Source of the DNA: Candidatus Cryptobacteroides sp.
Lineage (GTDB): Bacteria; Bacteroidota; Bacteroidia; Bacteroidales; UBA932
Assembly: GCA_045597605.1 (NCBI GenBank)
Contig: JAZLKN010000042.1
Span: 15,504 to 79,503 of the forward strand
Length of the DNA: 64,000 bases
Direction of reading: 5' to 3'
Part shown: positions 59,148 to 64,000 of the stretch, piece by piece
Numbering within the stretch: position 1 is the stretch's first letter
Layout of the letters: every line of letters begins with the position of its first letter
Made by a program: the position numbers and the translations under genes
The notes under the pieces: model-generated
Seen by the model: the letters and a program-made list of their open reading frames with translations, nothing else
Told to the model about the DNA's origin: nothing
The model's database searches: none

Positions 59148-60716
59148 ATGGAATCTGAGGCAGTAAAAGATCTGATAGTCGACGTCGAGACAGCGGAAGT
59201 TGCCATCGCATTACTGGAAAACCACCGCCTCATAGAGTACAGCAAAGAATCAACCGGAGGCAGAAGTTGCGGCGTAGGGGACGTTTATCTTGGCAAGGTC
59301 AAGAAAATACTCCCGGCCCTGAACGCTGCCTTCGTTGATATTGGTGATACCAAGGAAGCATTTGTACACTATCTGGATCTTGGTTTATACTTCAACGCCT
59401 TCGACCAGTTCGTAAGGAAGCTGAATCCCAACACCGACGCTAAGCGCTTGTTTGAAAGCATCAAGACTGGTCCCGCTCTCGGCAAAGAGGGCAGGATTGA
59501 GAATGTGTTGTCCGTCGGACAACCGCTAATCGTCCAAATCGAGAAGGAGCCCATCAGTACGAAGGGAAGCCGCCTGACAGCCGAAATATCGATGGCTGGA
59601 CGCAATGTGGTACTTCTCCCCTTCGCCGACAAAGTCAGTGTATCACAGAAAATACAGTCCAAGGAGGAGAGACGCCGCCTTGAATCGCTCGTACGCGCAA
59701 TTCTGCCCCCCAACTACGGAGCAATCATACGTACGGCGGCCGAAGGTAAATCAGCATCGATTCTTGACAACGAGCTCATCTCCCTCATCGGAAAATGGGA
59801 AGAATCCTGGAAGAAGATTGCGGCCGGCAAGGGCGTGAAACTGCTGTTCAACGAATACAGCAAGACGACGACCGTCCTTCGCGACCTTCTGAACGACAGT
59901 TTTACAAACGTCTATGTCAATGACAAGACGGTTTTTGAAGAAATTAGCAAGTACGTCGCACTCATCTCCCCCGAACAGGAGAAGATAGTCAAGTTGTACT
60001 CCGGCCATGAGCCAATTTTCGATCATTTCGAAATCACACGCCAGATAAAGAGTTCGTTCGGTAAGACTGTCCCTTTGAAACAGGGGGCGTATCTGGTCAT
60101 CGAGCATACGGAAGCCCTGCATGTGATTGACGTGAATTCCGGTACCCGCGGCCAGAACAAGGAGCAGGAGCAGAACACCTACGACGTGAACTGCTATGCA
60201 GCCGAAGAGATTGCGCGTCAGATGCGTCTGAGGGATATGGGAGGCATAGTCATCATCGATTTCATCGATATGGAAAGCGCCGAACACCGCACACTCCTTT
60301 ACAACTATATGGTGGATCTGATGAAGACCGACAGGGCGAAGCACAACGTGCTGCCCCTGACAAAGTTCGGCCTGATGCAGATTACGCGCCAGAGAGTACG
60401 TCCCGCAACGGAGATATCCACCATAGAGGTTTGCCCCTGCTGCAACGGCACCGGCAAGATAACGGCCAGCATACTTATTGATGAAAAGATAGAAAGGGAA
60501 ATGTCGTTCTTCGTCACCGAGAACGGACTGCGCCATTTCACCATCAAGGTCAATCCCATTCTGGGAGCTTATCTGACACGAGGCAGCCTGATGCGCCCCT
60601 CGATTGTACGCAGATGGGAAAAGAAATATTCCATCAAGGTGGTTATCGAGGAACACTCTACCCTATCCCTGCTCCAATACGAAATAGGAGACAGCCAGGG
60701 AGTCAAGTTGGAATAA
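59148..60716 (+). CDS. Rne/Rng family ribonuclease
   Basis: S1 domain YLGKVKKI..AAFVDIG, KEPISTKGSRLT, DVNSG, GGIVIIDFIDM. Confidence 0.96.
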   Translation: MESEAVKDLIVDVETAEVAIALLENHRLIEYSKESTGGRSCGVGDVYLGKVKKILPALNAAFVDIGDTKEAFVHYLDLGLYFNAFDQFVRKLNPNTDAKRLFESIKTGPALGKEGRIENVLSVGQPLIVQIEKEPISTKGSRLTAEISMAGRNVVLLPFADKVSVSQKIQSKEERRRLESLVRAILPPNYGAIIRTAAEGKSASILDNELISLIGKWEESWKKIAAGKGVKLLFNEYSKTTTVLRDLLNDSFTNVYVNDKTVFEEISKYVALISPEQEKIVKLYSGHEPIFDHFEITRQIKSSFGKTVPLKQGAYLVIEHTEALHVIDVNSGTRGQNKEQEQNTYDVNCYAAEEIARQMRLRDMGGIVIIDFIDMESAEHRTLLYNYMVDLMKTDRAKHNVLPLTKFGLMQITRQRVRPATEISTIEVCPCCNGTGKITASILIDEKIEREMSFFVTENGLRHFTIKVNPILGAYLTRGSLMRPSIVRRWEKKYSIKVVIEEHSTLSLLQYEIGDSQGVKLE

Positions 60717-60731
60717 AGTTCGAACCGCAAG

Positions 60732-60812
60732 TGCCTGTGCCACTTCGGGGACGTTGAAGAAACGAGGCATAGCACTTCACGACACGTTTTATCATGGGTT
60801 ATGTGCCGTGAA
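60732..60812. repeat. Long palindrome, loop-conserved family copy 3 (right arm truncated)
   Basis: Flank 60732-60759, left arm 60760-60785 (23/26 identical to the 20158 arm), loop GTTTTATCATGGGTTAT, only 10 nt of right arm (GTGCCGTGAA). Confidence 0.9.
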
Positions 60813-60817
60813 CACAA

Positions 60818-60845
60818 AAAAGCCGGCCAAAATTGGTCGGCTTTT
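60818..60845. terminator. Bidirectional intrinsic terminator (rne / rpsU)
   Basis: AAAAGCCGGCCAA-AA-TTGGTCGGCTTTT. Confidence 0.8.
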
Positions 60846-60865
60846 CCGTTTATTGATGAATTTAA

Positions 60866-61063
60866 TTACATTTCGTCCTCTTCGAGACGGAGATGGTTCA
60901 CGTAAATCGCTTTCATCTTTGCGATACGGTTCTTTACTGAAGGTTTGGTAAACTCCCTGCGTGAACGGAGTTCGCGCACAGCACCTGTCTTTTCGAATTT
61001 GCGTTTGAATTTCTTCAATGCCTTCTCAATGTTCTCACCTTCTCTTACCGGTACAATAATCAT
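60866..61063 (-). CDS. rpsU: 30S ribosomal protein bS21
   Basis: MIIVPVREGENIEKALKKFKRKFEKTG..F.KPSV. Confidence 0.97.
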   Translation of the reverse strand: MIIVPVREGENIEKALKKFKRKFEKTGAVRELRSRREFTKPSVKNRIAKMKAIYVNHLRLEEDEM

Positions 61064-61069
61064 TTTAAA

Positions 61070-61080
61070 TCACCTCCTTT
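61070..61080 (-). promoter_or_regulatory. Extended Shine-Dalgarno sequence of rpsU
   Basis: Minus strand reads AAAGGAGGTGA-TTTAAA-ATG. Confidence 0.85.
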
Positions 61081-61113
61081 TTTTCTTCGGGCAGCAAAGA
61101 TAGGAATATTTAT

Positions 61114-62250
61114 TCAATCTGCAAAATATTCTTTTCTCAGCCAATATTCAAACAGAGGATCCTGTATATGAGGCACATCCTGATCGTCAAACCAGACCAG
61201 TTCCTTCTTTACAAGGGCATCCTTGAGACGTTTTACATTTGCGGACGAACTGAGCCCGTATCTGTCAATCACTGATGCGGCACTGAGACGTGTCTCTCCG
61301 TCCACAATGGCCCTGAGCATACGAAGCTGGAAATCGGTCAGGGAATACACGTTGCGGAGGAAACCGGGTTTGTATATGGACAGCATCACGACAAACGAGT
61401 CTGTGACCAGACCTGGTGTGATGTAGCCCTTAGCTATCGAATCCACCAGCGAGAAAAGATGGTTCACATATCTCAGATTGCAGCGGAGCAACTCAGCGGC
61501 GCCGGAAACGATATCCCGCTGCAGTACCTTTCCGTATGCCTGAAATGCACTGTTGACGTACTCGGCTATCTGCGCAGGCTCCACCCTTGATGGTTTCAAT
61601 CTGAAAATGGAACGCCAGAAATATCTTTTCTCGTCGAAAATCTCCCTGAGTCTGTTGTATTGAGAGCCCATAAATATGAAGGGACAGTCCGTGTCCCTGC
61701 GCTCGACAACCTTCTCGAGGCTACGCAGAAGCAGGTCCGAATCCTCTGGGAAAAGAATGTTCTGGAACTCACGTACCTGTATGATGAGTCTGGCTTGCCT
61801 GTACGAAGACAGTGTGGACGGCAGTTCGAAGACCTTTGCAATGTCTATCTCGTCCGGCATCCAGTTCAGAGACACCACACATCCGGATTTGTCATACTGT
61901 TCCTGATCAAACACAAAGTGTGTTCCCTGCAGGAATTTTTCAACTATCTCACGGTACTGCGAGGGTGAAGTGGCGCAGGCCCTGATAAAACCGTCAGCAA
62001 ACTGCACAAGCACATCTTCAGTGGTTCGCACGCGGGACAGGTCTATGTCAGCAACGGAGAAATCCGACTTATGCATTTTAAGCCTGGTCAGGGATTCCTT
62101 CACGAGGGATTTGCAGCCAATACCGGGTTCCCCATAGACAACGATGCCTTCACCTGTGGTCAACAGATTGCATATCAAGTCGATATCTTTCCTTCTCCCG
62201 ACAAAGGCATGACCTGTGACAGGCTCGTTGAATATAAAAAGAGTATTCAT
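61114..62250 (-). CDS. AAA/archaeal-type ATPase-family protein with degenerate Walker motifs
   Basis: PVTGHAFVGR, YGEPGIGCKS, VREFQNI, IFMGSQ, C-terminal winged-helix-like DPLFEYW. Confidence 0.8.
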   Translation of the reverse strand: MNTLFIFNEPVTGHAFVGRRKDIDLICNLLTTGEGIVVYGEPGIGCKSLVKESLTRLKMHKSDFSVADIDLSRVRTTEDVLVQFADGFIRACATSPSQYREIVEKFLQGTHFVFDQEQYDKSGCVVSLNWMPDEIDIAKVFELPSTLSSYRQARLIIQVREFQNILFPEDSDLLLRSLEKVVERRDTDCPFIFMGSQYNRLREIFDEKRYFWRSIFRLKPSRVEPAQIAEYVNSAFQAYGKVLQRDIVSGAAELLRCNLRYVNHLFSLVDSIAKGYITPGLVTDSFVVMLSIYKPGFLRNVYSLTDFQLRMLRAIVDGETRLSAASVIDRYGLSSSANVKRLKDALVKKELVWFDDQDVPHIQDPLFEYWLRKEYFAD

Positions 62251-62388
62251 ATCACAAATGTAAGAAATAATTTTTTCTTCGGGAAATATTGATTATCTTT
62301 GCAGGCCAATTATGAAGGCTGACAGGCTCGAAAAGAGGCTCGCAAGAGTCCGCCTGCTGCCAAAAACTATTAAGTTTTTTGATTTACA

Positions 62389-62700
62389 ATGTACGCAATT
62401 GTAGAAATCGGAGGTCACCAGTTCAAGGTTGAACCTTCACAGGAAATCTTTGTTAACCGCCTTGCGGATAAGAAAGGTGCTGCCATTGAGTTTGACAAGG
62501 TTCTTCTCGTGGATGCTGACGGCAAAGTAAAGGTCGGCAGTCCCTATGTGAAAGGAGCAGTTGTCAAAGCTACTGTTCTCTGCGACGAATGCAAAGGAGA
62601 CAAGGTTCTCGTTTTCAAGAAGAAACGTCGCAAGAGTTACAAAAAACTGAACGGTCACCGTCAGTATCTCACAAAACTTCAGATTAACGAAATCATCTAA
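62389..62700 (+). CDS. rplU: 50S ribosomal protein bL21
   Basis: [22 protein letters not shown]....GHRQ. Confidence 0.98.
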   Translation: MYAIVEIGGHQFKVEPSQEIFVNRLADKKGAAIEFDKVLLVDADGKVKVGSPYVKGAVVKATVLCDECKGDKVLVFKKKRRKSYKKLNGHRQYLTKLQINEII

Positions 62701-62712
62701 AAGACACGAGTT

Positions 62713-62973
62713 ATGGCACATAAGAAAGGTGTGGGTAGTTCAAAGAACGGCCGTGAATCACAAAGCAAACGACTTGGACTTAAGAAGTTCGGATCTGAGG
62801 TAGTTAAGGCTGGCAACATCCTGGTTCGCCAGAGAGGTACCAAAACCAACCCCGGCCTCAATGTAGGAATGGGTAAGGACCATACTCTGTATGCTCTTAT
62901 CGACGGTACTGTAAAGTACACAAAGAAGGCAGAAGGCAAATCGTACGTGTCGGTAGTTCCTTTCCAGAACTAA
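62713..62973 (+). CDS. rpmA: 50S ribosomal protein bL27
   Basis: [22 protein letters not shown]. Confidence 0.98.
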   Translation: MAHKKGVGSSKNGRESQSKRLGLKKFGSEVVKAGNILVRQRGTKTNPGLNVGMGKDHTLYALIDGTVKYTKKAEGKSYVSVVPFQN

Positions 62974-63000
62974 CGCTCCCGGGGATTTGTACAAACATCA

Positions 63001-63036
63001 AAAGGACTGTACCCCGATGCGGGCACGGTCTTTTTT
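63001..63036 (+). terminator. Intrinsic terminator after rpmA
   Basis: AAAGGACTGTACCC / GGGCACGGTCTTT stem followed by a T run. Confidence 0.8.
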
Positions 63037-63079
63037 GTTAACAGACAACTGTTTCTGAAAATATAAAATAATACATATC

Positions 63080-64000
63080 ATGTTGACACTCAAAGCACTC
63101 CGTGAAAATACGGAAGATATTGTAAGGAAACTTGCAAAGAAAGGATATCAGGCGGAAGATGACGTTAAATTCATCCTCAGTCTGGATGATGAACGTAAAA
63201 AAATACAGCAGGAGCTCGACAATCTGAAAGCCGAGCAGAACAAGCTCGCCGCTCAGATTGGTGCATATATGAAACAAGGACTGCGCGACGAGGCCGAGAA
63301 AGCAAAGACCGCCGTCGCTTCGCTCAAGGACAAGACAGCCGAGCTGACCGTAAAGGCCGAAGAGAATATCAAGGAATTGGAAAGCCGTCTCGTGCTTCTG
63401 CCCAATACTCCCTGCGACCTTGTGCCGGAAGGCAGGACAGCGGAAGATAACGTTGTAGTCAAACAGGGTGGCGTGATTCCCGAATTAGGCTCTGACGCAC
63501 TCCCCCACTGGGATCTGGCAAAGAAGTTCGACCTCATTGACTTCGACCTCGGAGTGAAGATTACCGGAGCCGGCTTCCCCGTTTACAAGGGAAAGGGTGC
63601 CAAACTCCAGCGCGCGCTCATCAATTTCTTCCTCGACTGCAACACAAAGGCAGGTTATCTCGAGGTGGAACCTCCCGTAATGGTCAACGAGGCTTCAGGA
63701 TTCGGCACCGGCCAGCTTCCCGACAAGGAGGGACAGATGTACTTCGCCAGTCTGGACAAATTCTATATGGTACCTACAGCCGAAGTTCCCGTAACCAACA
63801 TATTCAGGGATGTTATTCTCCAGAACTCACAGCTGCCCCAGAAGCTCACTGCCTACACTCCCTGCTTCCGCCGCGAGGCAGGTTCATACGGCAAGGACGT
63901 GCGCGGCCTGAACAGGCTTCACCAGTTCGACAAGGTGGAAATCGTCAGAATCGAGAAACCGGAAAACAGCTATGCCGCTCTCGACGAAATGGTTGCTCAC
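63080..64000 (+). CDS. serS: Seryl-tRNA synthetase (5' part; runs off window end)
   Basis: Manual translation from ATG 63080: MLTLKALRENTEDIVRKL..LPNTPCDLVPEGRTAEDN..PHWDL..GVKITGAGFPVYKG..GTGQLP..AYTPCFRREAGSYG. Confidence 0.96.
   Translation, partial: MLTLKALRENTEDIVRKLAKKGYQAEDDVKFILSLDDERKKIQQELDNLKAEQNKLAAQIGAYMKQGLRDEAEKAKTAVASLKDKTAELTVKAEENIKELESRLVLLPNTPCDLVPEGRTAEDNVVVKQGGVIPELGSDALPHWDLAKKFDLIDFDLGVKITGAGFPVYKGKGAKLQRALINFFLDCNTKAGYLEVEPPVMVNEASGFGTGQLPDKEGQMYFASLDKFYMVPTAEVPVTNIFRDVILQNSQLPQKLTAYTPCFRREAGSYGKDVRGLNRLHQFDKVEIVRIEKPENSYAALDEMVAH

Overview
64 kb of mostly core chromosome from a Bacteroidales bacterium (inferred from TAnnTTTG -7 promoters, a SusC/Oar-type TonB receptor, a fimbrillin-type lipoprotein, glutaminyl cyclase, and the zapA-6S-rny and HU-bS22-rne gene order). 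Housekeeping genes: recF (partial), yebC, ffh, PFOR (nifJ), M16 peptidase, punA, zapA, rny, yidC, trmD, trkH/trkA, tldD/pmbA, slyD, pgm, recG, pdxA, rnhA, nrdDG, coaD, ung, lon, hup, rne/rng, rpsU, rplU, rpmA, serS (partial). Accessory parts: (i) an AT-richer HUH/Y1 REP-associated-type transposase (11191-12123) followed by an alternating inverted-repeat array; (ii) a three-gene hipB/hipS/hipT-like toxin-antitoxin module next to a mosaic fimbrillin-like adhesin and an upstream ~54-aa peptide (30.5-34.7 kb); (iii) an Oar-like TonB receptor paired with a BACON/OB-fold lipoprotein. The most unusual signal is a dispersed family of long DNA palindromes (9449-9524, 20158-20225, 60760-60812). All three lie between convergent genes, share an invariant 12-nt loop core ATCATGGGTTAT, and have stems whose sequence differs while pairing is kept. 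They also share a GTRGCCAC(N)ACTTCA-like core with the repeats flanking the HUH transposase, which suggests an uncharacterised Bacteroidales RAYT/REP system. Features missing from the ORF track include recF, serS, a 29-aa bS22-like protein and a 6S RNA candidate. No CRISPR array, tRNA or rRNA was seen. All protein calls are from motif recognition by eye, not database searches.
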